IMG/VR virus record: IMGVR_UViG_3300045125_000119
Span: 12,045 to 76,044 of that record
Reading direction: 5' to 3' (one strand)
DNA from: a virus
DNA: 64,000 nucleotides
A model generated the notes under the pieces. The model ran no database searches. It worked only from the letters and a program-made list of their open reading frames with translations, and was not told the DNA's origin. Within the stretch, counting starts at the first letter, position 1. The number at the start of each line of letters is the position of its first letter. This document shows, piece by piece, positions 22,395-34,600 of this stretch. A program made the translations under genes and the position numbers.

Positions 22395-23556
22395 TTATTT
22401 TACAATTTCAACAAAAAGACTCATTTCTGCAAAAAACTCGTTGGTTTCTTTTAGTATTTGGGGGTGTCCAACTCTGGAAAGATTTGATGTGAATGTTGCT
22501 GAACCCAGCCTTCTGGAGCAATGGAAGTAAAAGTTTCTACGTCATAGGCCGATTGGTGTCCGTTGAACAACATTGTCCACAGTCTTCCGGCTTTGCTGTC
22601 AAAAGTGTGTTGGATCGAGAAGTTTCATCAAACAACTGACCAATTGCGCCGTCAAGATAGTGACGTGCCAGTAGTTGAGTGTCTGGGAACAAAAGGCAGA
22701 AACGTAGCCCCTAGGTTTCATGACCCGATGACACTCTTTAAGGAAATTGATGCCTTCGGAGAAAGTCAAGTGTTCGAGAAAGTGACTTGAGAACATTAAA
22801 TCCTACGGAATTATCGGAAAATGGCAAACGTTCCCTCAAATCTCTTGAACAAACTTGTAAAAATTCCGGGTAGCAAAATCATTCAGGTCGATCACGTCCA
22901 TATTGATCCAACCGTAATGAAACATTGTCGTATAACAACCGACATTTAATTTCAATTGACCGTCCGGTTCTGGCAATGCGAGAGGCAATCGGGAACCAGT
23001 TTCCAAATCTTCTTTATCAACGACAATTTGTTCTGGCATCCTCTCTTTCCACCAAGATTGATTTCTGAGGGTACAGTGAGTTTTATCGAATCCATCATCT
23101 TTTTCACCAAAATCAATACCATGCAAGCCTCGCCGACAAATCCTTTTGATTTCACCGATAACGGCGGGCAAGAACTGTTCGGGAATATGTTCCAGAACGG
23201 CAATTGAGAAACAAACATCGAAGGATTGATCGGGAAAAGGCCACGGCGTTTGGCAAATATCCCATTCGACTATAGCATCGGCCACCCTTGTGACCATGCA
23301 ATGCTTCGATATTTCTAAACCGGCGGCACGGATTCCTGCATCCTGTAGGCGTTTGACGATGTACCCTACGGGCACAGCCAATTTCGAGAACCGATTCTGG
23401 ATTCATTGCCATAATCTGTCTGAAAGTGGCCCAATGAATTGGGTAGTCCCAATATCCTTCTCTGGCGTAACCGCCTACTTTTTCGCCACCGTTGAAGTAA
23501 TGCCTGTCGAACAAAGACTTGCGATCCGACATAGTTTTCTTGGCCTCAATTATCAT
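22395..23556 (-). CDS. SAM-dependent methyltransferase with two type-11-like domains (frameshifted)
   Basis: SVLEIGCA.G, FDVCFSIAVLEHIPE, then LKLNVGC and FSSHFLEHL...CHRVMKPRG. Confidence 0.8.
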
Positions 23557-23564
23557 GTCAGTTC

Positions 23565-24008
23565 CTAGTTCTCCCAAGGCAAAACAATAATGTCGGTGAA
23601 ACCAACGTCTTGAAGAAGTTTCATTGCGTAGGTGGGCGACAAACTGTTTTTATGTGCGTTGTCGCCATAGTCTTGTCCACCAAATATGATGCAAGAAGAG
23701 TCATCGTCCCACTCGTTCCGATCTAACACCCAACGCATTTGTTCTTCAGTAAGTCGGCCGTAATGAAAACGAGACTTACCGTCATCCTTCAAAATTCTGT
23801 ACACTGCTTCAATAAATTGACGCACTTTCCGCCACGAAATGTGTTCAACGCAATACGAGCTAAAAACAACGTCCCATTCGGCCGACTGAATCGGCAATTT
23901 GTCGTCTAAATTGGCAACCATGTCCTACCCAGTGGGACCGGGCCGAATGTCAACGTTGGGCCGGAACCTCGGATTCTCCCCGCCACCGAGTTCAATTACC
24001 TTTGACAT
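23565..24008 (-). CDS. SAM-dependent methyltransferase (type-11-like)
   Basis: VIELGGG, DVVFSSYCVEHIS, YRILKDDG, GGQDYGDNAHK. Confidence 0.8.
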
Positions 24009-24012
24009 TGCG

Positions 24013-25077
24013 TTAAATGGAAACGTATAATTCATAGATTGTTCCCGAGGTCCGAGTAAAGATCACGGACTCTTTTCCCAAGTGTACTTTCTCGCATTTT
24101 CTTGAGCGGCAACACCTTGAGCCGCCAAACCAAGCCAGGTCCGATTTATACTTTTGAATAGCACTTACAAGCAGTTCGGGGTTACAACTTTGTATTACAG
24201 TTCCAGCTTCTATCTGCCTATCTCAATCGGAAGCTCCTGCTCCTCTCGCAAGAAACAACCGGACGACCGTGGGCCATTGCTTCCAATATTTCGATTCCGG
24301 AACCCTTTTTCGGTTACGCTCGGTTGAACGTAAACCGAGCAAGCGTTGTAAAGTTGAGACGGCGACCGAACGAATCCGGCCAAATGTATTGCGCCGCCGC
24401 CCTCACGACGTGCCAAATCCAGTAAGGTAGGAGTATTTCTGATCCGGCTTTATAATCAGTTGCGAATCTTTAGAAGAAAGCAATTTCCAAGCACGAATCA
24501 AATAGATCAATCCCTTATCTGGACCGGGTTGTCCCAGATAGCCCACTGTGAAAACTTTGGTAAAGGTGTTGCTTTTGTGACGGGTTCACATCCGTGTGGG
24601 ATAACTGCCAAACGTTTGTTGCATCTTCGTAACTTGCCATCACTTTCTTGCTGTGTGTTGACGGACAAATTACAACATCTGCGTCAGAGATTAGCCTTGA
24701 ACGTACTTCTGGAAGAGAATAGGATCGTTTAGGTGAGGGTAATCAAAAGACAGCCCTAACTTCTCGTACTCTTTCTGCTTAAATTGATGTCGTGAGCCGC
24801 AGCGGTATAGGTAATCTTGACTCCGTCCAACTTGAGAGCTTGGATCAATTTGGAATAAGTGCCAGCATAAAAATGAGCGACACTTCGACCGGGGACCATA
24901 AGATGCCGGTATTCATTATTGTGAATTCCAAGTGCAATTTCGTCGGCAGCAAACGGGTCCGGCATGGGGGGCGGATTGATGACAAAAACCGCTCGGCATG
25001 GCCTTCAATTCGTTGGCAGTTACAACGCCACCGCCAGTTTCGGTCCCAATAGTATCAGAAGTCACAAACAGGTGCAT
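24013..25077 (-). CDS. glycosyltransferase family 4 (GT-B), frameshifted
   Basis: GTETGGGVV N-terminus; YNACSVYVQPSVTE.F...LEAMAHG C-terminal motif; ends ARENAEKYTWEK. Confidence 0.75.
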
Positions 25078-25109
25078 TACCAACCCCCTCCAATCGCTTC
25101 CTGACACAA

Positions 25110-26093
25110 TTGATCGTAGCGAGTAATCATTGTCATCAGGAAAACTGTGACGCCCATTCACGGCAAGTTTCAGGTTTCATGCCACCGGTAGCATCTCTTG
25201 ACATCAAATCTTCCATTTGCTGTTGGCTACTTACAAGAAATCCAGTTTCACCTTCCTTGATGGTTTCTCGCATTGCCCCGTTGTTCCAAGCTATCACTGG
25301 CATTCCGCAAAGTTGAGCCTCGACAGGAGCCAAGCCGAACGGCTCACGGTACGTTTCGTTGGGATGCAACAATGCTTTGTTTTTACAAAACCAATCGACA
25401 CATTCGGCACGACTTTGAGGTCCGATGTACTGAATCATCGAAGACGCACTGCATCCTTCTTTTAATTTGCTTGACCAATTCCGGCTCGCCGGTAAGTCGG
25501 TCATCGCCGACCATGTCCAAAAACTTCTAGTATTCTTGGCCGCACTCAGAGCAATGTGTGGGCCTTTAATTGTACTCATACGGGCCAAAATAAATATCTT
25601 TGGTTCCTATTCCATTGACGTGACTCTGTTGTAAGAATTTACGTCAACGCCATTGTAGCAAACTCTAGATTCTACTTTAAGGTGTTCTTTAACCGCTTCA
25701 GATTGATCTTTGCTAATCGCCACCAAACACGGCTTCTCGACGGGCGGGGCCGTACCAAACATGGTGTGAACCGAGCGTGAAGCACTCGAGAATGGGTGCC
25801 TTTAATTGGCCCTCCATTTTCAAAATGTAGCTCCAATTTCTGCCAACTGTGGTCGATAATTACGTCGTAACTGGTCAGAGTTTGCCAGTATTTACTGTAC
25901 TCGTCCTTTTCGTGCCCCCAAGGACAGTTTCGTGAAGCTTGCAATTGACTTTAGAGCCCGCCGGTGCGATAAGTGTGACATCGTGTCCTCTATCGTGGAG
26001 TCCGGTGGCAATTTGCCAAGCCAACATCTCCAGCCCGGAATAACCGGGAGGTGGACACGTCATAATTGTGGTGGAAATTACAGCTATACGCAT
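25110..26093 (-). CDS. glycosyltransferase family 4 (GT-B), frameshifted
   Basis: MRIAVIST...PPPGYSGLE...GHDVTLIAP; EPFGLAPVEAQLCGMPVIAWNNGAMRE. Confidence 0.85.
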
Positions 26094-26107
26094 ATGTCCT
26101 CAAACAA

Positions 26108-26737
26108 TCAGTTCTGCTGGGGTGAATTCGCCGCCAATTCGACTTCTCCGAGGCCAATGTGTCGGCATTGGACGGATGTGTCTACAAGTATTTTATATCC
26201 ATTCTCACGGGCGTACTGACAGAATCTAAAATCTTCCGACATTCTTTCGTGAGCAGGCAGGTCGTAACGGTCTACACGCCAGTCGAACCAGGGAGCTTTC
26301 AAGGTAGTCAAAACGTCTCTGTGGATCAAAAGACAGCCGGAACCGACGAAATCAACTTCCATCAAGTCCGGTGCTTTGAATTGACTAATCCAATTGCGGC
26401 CAGAAGGAGATTCCTTGAGCATTACAGGAACAATCGGAGGATTGCGGCGATAATACAACCCCGCTGACATAGGCTGTTTGTGGGCCATTAGGCGATAAAT
26501 GGCATCAGGCGGCGGGACCGTATCATCGTCTAAAAAGACGTACTCCCAGCCCAATTCAAGAAGTTTTTGACATCCGGTATTACGGGCGTGATCGTAAGGC
26601 ATTCCAGACAGACCGGTGTAAGTTCCGGGTATCTGTAAATTTTTGAAACCAAAAGCCCAAGCAACAGAAGTTAATTCTCGTGTCAAAATGACAACAAGCA
26701 CACGCTGCTGGTTGTATATTTCCCAAGCTCCGGCCAT
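26108..26737 (-). CDS. glycosyltransferase family 2-like (GT-A)
   Basis: DHARN, VFLDDDTVPPPDAI, VGSGCLLIHRDV, SEDFRFC. Confidence 0.85.
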   Translation of the reverse strand: MAGAWEIYNQQRVLVVILTRELTSVAWAFGFKNLQIPGTYTGLSGMPYDHARNTGCQKLLELGWEYVFLDDDTVPPPDAIYRLMAHKQPMSAGLYYRRNPPIVPVMLKESPSGRNWISQFKAPDLMEVDFVGSGCLLIHRDVLTTLKAPWFDWRVDRYDLPAHERMSEDFRFCQYARENGYKILVDTSVQCRHIGLGEVELAANSPQQN

Positions 26738-26789
26738 AATTTGGGTACTCCTTGTGCAAACAAAAGGAGTACGCACGTCTAAAAACAAA

Positions 26790-27618
26790 CAACCGGTCAT
26801 TAGCAGTCAATATTTTGTCGCCAAATTTAGCTGGATAATTCACTTTTGGATCAATACCCGCAGGAGAAAACATCCTATTTTTGGGAGTCAGAGGCGTCAC
26901 GCCTTTTGTAAACAAACTGTATTTCCGAAGCATTCAACACACGATTGTAAATTCCGGCATATGACATATTGCCAGCTAAAGCCTCGGCGGTGCTTGCCCC
27001 AGCCCCTAATGTGTTAGGATTTCCAAATTCCAAAACGTTTGTAGTAGAACTAACTGTGCCTTGTGAGTAAGTTAAAGAAGAAACAGAATTGTCAACATAA
27101 TAGAACACTTCACCGTTAAGACCATTGTATGTTTACAAACAGCATTGGCTCCATTTGTTGGCGGTCAACATGCCGGTGGCTGATTCGGTAAATGTCGGAA
27201 AACTTGCGTTCACATACAATCTAAATCCGCCACTTGTATTGGTATAAAGAATATAACTGACATTAGCAGTTGCTGCTTTAGAAAGCGGCACCAAAATTGG
27301 CGAGCGAAGTTATTTGAATCCCAAAACCATGCTAAAACCGCTCATGCCGTCTAACCAGTCGGAATCTGAGATTTGCAGATAATTGTTCACTCCGTTGGCA
27401 AAATTGATGTACGGACCAAACGTCGAGTTGCCCAGCTGCTGGCTGAAATACCGTTGAAACTGGCATGAGTAGAATATGGGGAAAATCGTAAGCTGTAGTT
27501 CCAGTTTGACCAAGGGAAGGGCAAAGAAAAGAACCAAGCCGTCCCATAGCGACGGCTCCAAAGATTGATACTTGCCACGAGCATAAAAATGTCTGCTCGG
27601 AATACTTTTACTTATCAT
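26790..27618 (-). CDS. LamG / concanavalin-A-like lectin-domain virion protein (multiple frameshifts)
   Basis: INFANGVNNYLQI, LEFGN, YAGIYNRVLNASEI; boundaries approximate. Confidence 0.6.
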
Positions 27619-27639
27619 GCGCTTTCCTGAACAAGTGTC

Positions 27640-28152
27640 CTTAAAGGTATCAAAATGACACGACTGTCGTTATCTGAGCTTCAGCAGTTTCATTTCTGAT
27701 AGATTGTCCCAAAGGTTAACAACAACTGGTGCGACATACCGAGCCGGTGGAATCCAAATAACAGCGGCTGTCTCAAAATTGTGTTCGTGTCGTTAGTTGC
27801 AGTTAAAACGGAGACTGGCGCACCAGTTGTACCTTGTTCGCAGAAACAGGTGGGGGTAAGCAGCATCACTGCCAGTAACTTTCCCAGGCCAATTTGTATT
27901 GTCGTGGGACGAAGCCAAGCACAACTCGACAACAGTCCCAGCAGTAGGAGCCGTACCGGTTTCTATCCAAAACAAAACGACGTACTCCCGGTCCCAAGGA
28001 GTACCAAGATCAACCGCATCACCCATACGACCGCCGCCGTTTGCCAAGTTGTCCAGCGTCAAAGCGGCAGTAGGGGCAGGGGACGCACCGCCAGTCACGC
28101 CCCAAACAATTGCAGTCCCGTGTTCACTTTTGAAATAATCTGGTAAAGGCAT
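27640..28152 (-). CDS. putative virion structural protein
   Basis: LTLDNLANGGGRMGDAVDLG..ETGTAPTAG; frameshifted near 27790. Confidence 0.55.
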
Positions 28153-28624
28153 TAGAATCTCCCAAGCGCTCTCGCAATATCGTTCGCACTTACACGAGTG
28201 TCAGTTCCAAAAAGTTGTTCGGCACGGCTACCGTCCCGATTGGCAATATTGTTCAGTCTAACTCGGCTGTTGTTCGTATCAGCGACGTTCAATACGTCTC
28301 TAATGTTCCTTAAAATGCGTGTGTTACTTCCAGCTTCGTCAATCAGTTGAAGCGTTTGCAATTGAGTTGCAGATTCAAACCAAGAACATTGCAAGTTACT
28401 TGCGTTAGAAATAAAGTCACGAGTGTCAATTGCTTCAAGAACTTCGGAAGATAAAATATTCTTGCGTCTTGTAATTGTTGAGGCCCACCGTTGGTCCCCG
28501 TCCTTGGCAAATTCAACATATTTGCCAAAGCAGTATCGTCGCCCGAAGCAATAAACTCAGCGTACCCATAAGCAATCGGGTCGGTATTCAATTCAACGCC
28601 AAGAGCCGTGTAATCAATAGCCAT
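28152..28624 (-). CDS. putative virion structural protein
   Basis: MAIDYTALGVEL.TDP..YGY; AGGAGG RBS; ORFs 28343-28693 and 28152-28394 join. Confidence 0.55.
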
Positions 28625-28650
28625 GAGTCCTCCTAAGTTGTTTGGTTTAG

Positions 28651-28656
28651 TATTTA
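28651..28656 (-). promoter_or_regulatory. late promoter core (ATAAATA)
   Basis: 26 nt upstream of ATG 28624; heads the GT/MTase block. Confidence 0.55.
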
Positions 28657-28673
28657 TGTAGTTTGATCCAAAA

Positions 28674-31600
28674 TCACATGAAAGTACCAGCATTCAACAA
28701 CGGCAAACCAGAGGTACAAGGATACCCAGGTTCGACATAAAACTGACCGCTGTGAGTCGCTATCCCTAGACACTGGCATACGGCACCAGATATGTTGGCA
28801 ACACCACCGAAGCCGCCGGACAAGAATCCGCCAGAAATGTTGCCTACAAATCCAGAAGCGTTGACCCAAACCGGACGCCCCGGTCGAATAAGGTTCAAAC
28901 CACTGGCCGGTGTGACTATGCCGTTCACAACAAATTCAACCACTTGTCCCGACAACACACCGGGTCCGTCATAGTAACCCAAAGCGGGCATTAAACCTGA
29001 CAATGTACTTTGAGCAATTCTGGCATTCCCGGTGTTGTCTACACAAACAGCACGACCACCAGAAATTGTTCCAAAAGCAGTAAGCCTTACGACCTGCCTT
29101 TGTGACATCGGATAGCCCTGATAGTTCAGGCCGGAAGCAAACATACCAGAAGAAATAGACCCGGAGCCAACAACTCCAGACAAGCCGGTCGGGGGAGCGG
29201 CCCATGTGAAGTCGTCTCTCAAGAAACTACCGCCCGTAGGAGTTCCTGTAGTTCCGAGTCGGCCCGAAGTAACGGCCCCCGAACCAATGTGGAACGAACC
29301 AACTTGACCGGATGCGATATTGCCCGAAGTAACGGCCCCCGATGAAATGTGGTTGGTGCCAACTTGACCGGATGCGATATTACCGGACAAGATTTGACCA
29401 GAACCAATATCGAGTGAGCCGATTGTACCGGACGCAATATTGTCGAACGTGCCGATGCTACCTTGAACAGAACCGGTTGCAATATGAGTAGAACCGATCT
29501 GACCGGATGCGATTCTGCCTGAAACAATTGCCCCCGAACCAATGTGGAACGAACCAACTTGACCGGATGCGATATTGCCCGAAGTAACGGCCCCCGATGA
29601 AATGTGGTTGGTGCCAACTTGACCGGATGCGATATTACCGGACAAGATTTGACCAGAACCAATGTCAAATGTACCAATGGTCCCAGAAGCAATATTGTCA
29701 ATAGTGCCGATGCTACCTTGAACAGAACCGGTTGCAATATGAGTAGAACCAATCTGCCCAGATGCAATGTTGCCAGACAATACCAAAGATGCAACGAACG
29801 GCAAGGACGCTGCAATCCCCATCATCCCGCCACCGCTGTTCAAAGCATATCCAATGGGCTGTATAACGTCGCCCGATAACAACCCGCCGGAGTTAAATGA
29901 TCCAGAAGTAGTGACTATTTGACCGGACCTACCAACAAACAAAGATTGACCCAAGTATCCCGAAAAATCGACCAAACCAGAAGTAAACTGGAATGCTCCG
30001 GCCGTATAAACATTAGCTGGAAGACCTGACAGAGTATTCTGGAACACTACGCCAACGGCTGGCATACGACCAGAAACAGACGCCATCGCAATTCTGATGT
30101 TGCCGGATTGAGACAAACATACAGCCACACTGCCGGAAACAATTTCTTCCGTCAAAGCCGTCCATTGTGTTCCACTCACAAACGGAGCGGCGAACTGAGC
30201 CTGAGACACATGGGCACCGCTGGCGAAGTCAAAATAACCAACAGTCCCCGAACTAATGTGTCTAGTAGTTCCGAAATAACCCTGAACCGTACCGGATGCT
30301 ATTTTCCAGAACCAATACCACCAGAAGTAACACCGCCACCAGCAGCAGCCCATGTAAAGTCGTCCCGAAGGAACAATGTTCCGTCAGGAGTACCAGCAAT
30401 GTTTATGTGCCCCGAAGTAATTGCGTTAGGCGCAAAATCGAACGATCCTATTGTTCCAGAGGCAATATGTCTGGTGGTTCCGTAAAAACCTTGAACCGTA
30501 CCGGATGCTATTTTTCCAGAACCAATACCACCAGAAGTAACACCGCCACCAGCAGCAGCCCATGTAAAGTCGTCCCGAAGGAACAATGTTCCGTCAGGAG
30601 TACCAGTAACACCCAAACGGCCACTTGTTACAGACCCGCTTGCTATGTGGACATTGCCAACTTGTCCCGATGCAATCCTACCTGAAACAATTGCCCCCGA
30701 CCCGATGTCGAGGTGACCCGATTGTACCGGACGCAATGGTAAATGCGCCACCACCGGCTTGTCCGAGTACAGCACCGGACCCGATATGGCCTGAGTTGAC
30801 TGCACCGGACGCATGATGGAATTGACTTATAACACCTGACGCAAGTGTGCCTGATTGTACGGAAGCATTGGCAAGATGTCCGAAGCCAACTTGCCCGGAA
30901 GCGATCTTGCCCGAAACTACTGCACCGGAGCCAATTGTAGAAGCTTGAACCGATCCGTCGGCAAGGTGTCCAAAGCCAACTTGCCCCGATGCAATTCTGC
31001 CAGAAACGATGGCACCCGACCCGATGTCGAGTGACCCGGATTGTACCGGACGCAATGGTAAATGCACCACCACCGGCTTGTCCGAGGACGGCACCGGACC
31101 CGATGTGGCCGGAGTTAACAGCACCGGACGCATGGTGGAATTGGCTTACAACACCTGATGCGATGGTGCCGGAAGCAACGGAAGCGTTAGCAAGATGGCC
31201 GAAGCCAACTTGACCGGAAGCGATCCTACCTGAAACAATTGCCCCCGACCCAATGTCGAGTGATCCGATTGTACCGGACGCAATGGTGAAAGCGCCACCA
31301 CCGGCTTGTCCGAGTACAGCACCGGACCCAATGTGGCCTGAGTTAACAGCACCGGACGCATGGTGGAACTGGCTTACGACACCTGATGCAAGAGTGCCTG
31401 ATTGTACAGAAGCATTAGCAAGGTGTCCGAAGCCAACTTGTCCAGACGCAATCCTACCTGAAACGATGGCCCCCGACCCAATGTCGAGTGATCCGATTGT
31501 ACCGGACGCAATGGTGAAACGCTACCACCGGCTTGTCCGAGGACGGCACCGGACCCCATGTGGCCGGAGTTGACTGCACCGGACGCAAGGTGGAATTGGC

Positions 31601-34600
31601 TTACAACACCGGATGCGATGGTGCCCGAAGCAACGGAAGCATTAGCAAGGTGTCCGAATCCAACTTGTCCCGATGCAATTCTACCTGAAACGATGGCACC
31701 CGACCCGATGTCGAGTGACCCGATTGTACCGGACGCAATGGTAAATGCACCACCACCGGCTTGGCCGAGTACAGCACCGGACCCGATGTGGCCTGAGTTA
31801 ACAGCACCAGAAGCGAGGTAAAACTGGCTTACGACACCGGATGACAAACCGCCACCAGCAGCAGCCCATGTAAAGTCGTCCCGAAGGAACAACGTTCCGT
31901 CAGGAGTACCAGTAACACCCAAACGGCCACTTGTTACAGACCCGCTTGCTATGTGGACATTACCAACTTGCCCGGAAGCGATCTTACCTGAAACTACTGC
32001 ACCGGACCCAATTGTAGAAGCTTGAACCGATCCGTCGGCAAGGTGTCCGAATCCAACTTGCCCGGAAGCAATTCTACCTGAAACGACCGCACCGGAGCCA
32101 ATTGTAGAAGCTTGAACCGACCCGTCGGCAAGGTGTCCGAATCCAACTTGTCCCGATGCAATTCTGCCTGAAACGACCGCACCGGAGCCAATTGTAGAAG
32201 CTTGAACCGACCCGTCGGCAAGGTGTCCGAATCCAACTTGCCCGGACGCAATCCTACCTGAAACGACCGCACCGGACCCAATGTCGAGTGATCCAATCGT
32301 ACCGGACGCAATGGTAAATGCGCCACCACCGGCTTGGCCGAGTACAGCACCCGACCCAATGTGGCCGGAGTTGACTGCACCGGACGCATGATGGAATTGA
32401 CTTACAACACCGGACGCAAGTGTGCCTGATTGTACAGAAGCGTTAGCAAGGTGTCCGAATCCAACTTGACCGGATGCAATCCTACCTGAAACGATGGCAC
32501 CCGACCCGATGTCGAGTGACCCGATTGTACCGGACGCAATGGTAAATGCACCACCACCAGCTTGTCCGAGAACGGCACCGGACCCCATGTGGCCGGGTTA
32601 ACAGCCCCAGACGCAAGGTGAAACCGACTTACGACGCCGGACGCAATGGTGCCAGAAGCAACGGAGGCGTTGGCAAGATGTCCGAAGCCAACTTGTCCAG
32701 ACGCAATACTGCCTGAAATTACATTCCCAGAACCGAGTACAAATCCACTGACATTTGGATAATTCAGTTGGATAAGGACAGCGCCCACTATTTGCAGCAA
32801 CTCCCAATGGCTGCAATATATCACCTGACAACAACCCGCCGGAGTTAAATGATCCAGAAGTAGTGACTATTTGACCGGACCTACCGACATACAAAGAAGT
32901 CCCGATATAGCCTGAGTAATCAGCCAATCCAGAAGACAACTGAGAGAATCCAGCCGTATAAACATCAGCCGGAATACCGCTTGCAACAGAATCAAACACA
33001 ACACCAATGGCTGGCATCCGAGAAGGAACCGAAGCCATAGCAACAAGCAAATTGCCGCTTAAAGACAATGCAACGGCACGACCACCAGAAACTATTTCTT
33101 CAGTAAGAACGGACCAGTTGGTTCCACTAACAAATGGTGTTAAAAATTGGGCACGAGGGGCAGTTGCTCCTGATGCGAATTTATAGGTACTTACAACACC
33201 TGATGCGATGGTGCCTGACTGTACAGAAGCATTGGCAAGGTGTCCGAATCCAACTTGCCCGGAAGCAATTCTACCCGAAACGACCGCACCGGACCCAATG
33301 TCTAGTGATCCGATTGTACCGGACGCAATGGTGAAAGCTCCACCACCGGCTTGGCCGAGTACAGCACCCGACCCGATGTGGCCGGAGTTAACAGCACCGG
33401 ACGCATGATGGAATTGGCTTACAACACCTGATGCAAGAGTGCCAGAAGCAACGGAAGCATTAGCAAGGTGTCCGAATCCAACTTGCCCGGAAGCGATTCT
33501 ACCCGAAACGACCGCACCGGACCCAATGTCGAGTGATCCGATTGTACCGGACGCAATGGTGAAAGCACCACCACCGGCTTGTCCGAGTACAGCACCCGAC
33601 CCGATGTGGCCTGAGTTGACTGCACCAGACGCATGATGGAATTGGCTTACAACACCTGATGCAAGAGTGCCAGAAGCAACGGAAGCATTAGCAAGGTGTC
33701 CGAATCCAACTTGCCCGGAAGCAATTCTACCCGAAACGACCGCACCGGACCCAATGTCTAGTGATCCGATTGTACCGGACGCAATGGTGAAAGCACCACC
33801 ACCGGCTTGTCCGAGGACGGCACCGGACCCGATGTGGCCTGAGTTGACTGCACCGGACGCATGATGGAATTGGCTTACAACACCTGACGCAAGTGTGCCT
33901 GATTGTACAGAAGCATTAGCAAGGTGTCCGAATCCAACTTGACCGGAAGCGATCTTACCTGAAACTACTGCACCGGAGCCAATTGTAGAAGCTTGAACCG
34001 ATCCGTCGGCAAGATGACCGAATCCAACTTGACCGGAAGCGATCTTGCCCGAAACTACTGCACCGGACCCAATTGTAGAAGCTTGAACCGATCCGTCGGC
34101 AAGATGACCGAATCCAACTTGCCCGGAAGCGATCCTACCCGAAACGACCGCACCGGACCCAATGTCGAGTGATCCAATCGTGCCAGACGCAATGGTAAAT
34201 GCACCACCACCGGCTTGTCCGAGGACGGCACCGGACCCGATGTGGCCTGAGTTAACAGCACCAGAAGCGAGGTAAAACTGGCTTACGACACCGGATGACA
34301 AACCGCCACCCGCAGCAGCCCATGTAAAGTCGTCCCGAAGGAACAACGTTCCGTCAGGAGTGCCGGTAACACCCAAACGGCCACTTGTTACAGACCCGCT
34401 TGCTATGTGGACATTACCAACTTGTCCAGACGCAATCTTACCAGAAACTACTGCACCGGACCCAATTGTAGAAGCTTGAACCGACCCGTCGGCGAGATGG
34501 CCGAAGCCAACTTGCCCGGAAGCGATCCTACCCGAAACGACCGCACCGGACCCAATGTCTAGCGATCCGATTGTACCGGACGCAATGGTGAAAGCTCCAC

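Noticed and set aside
21528-22530. Plus-strand Cys-rich or VAVLSAVAVP ORFs
   Set aside because: They are antisense shadows of the TATADSTAT repeat gene, which has the promoter and matches operon orientation.
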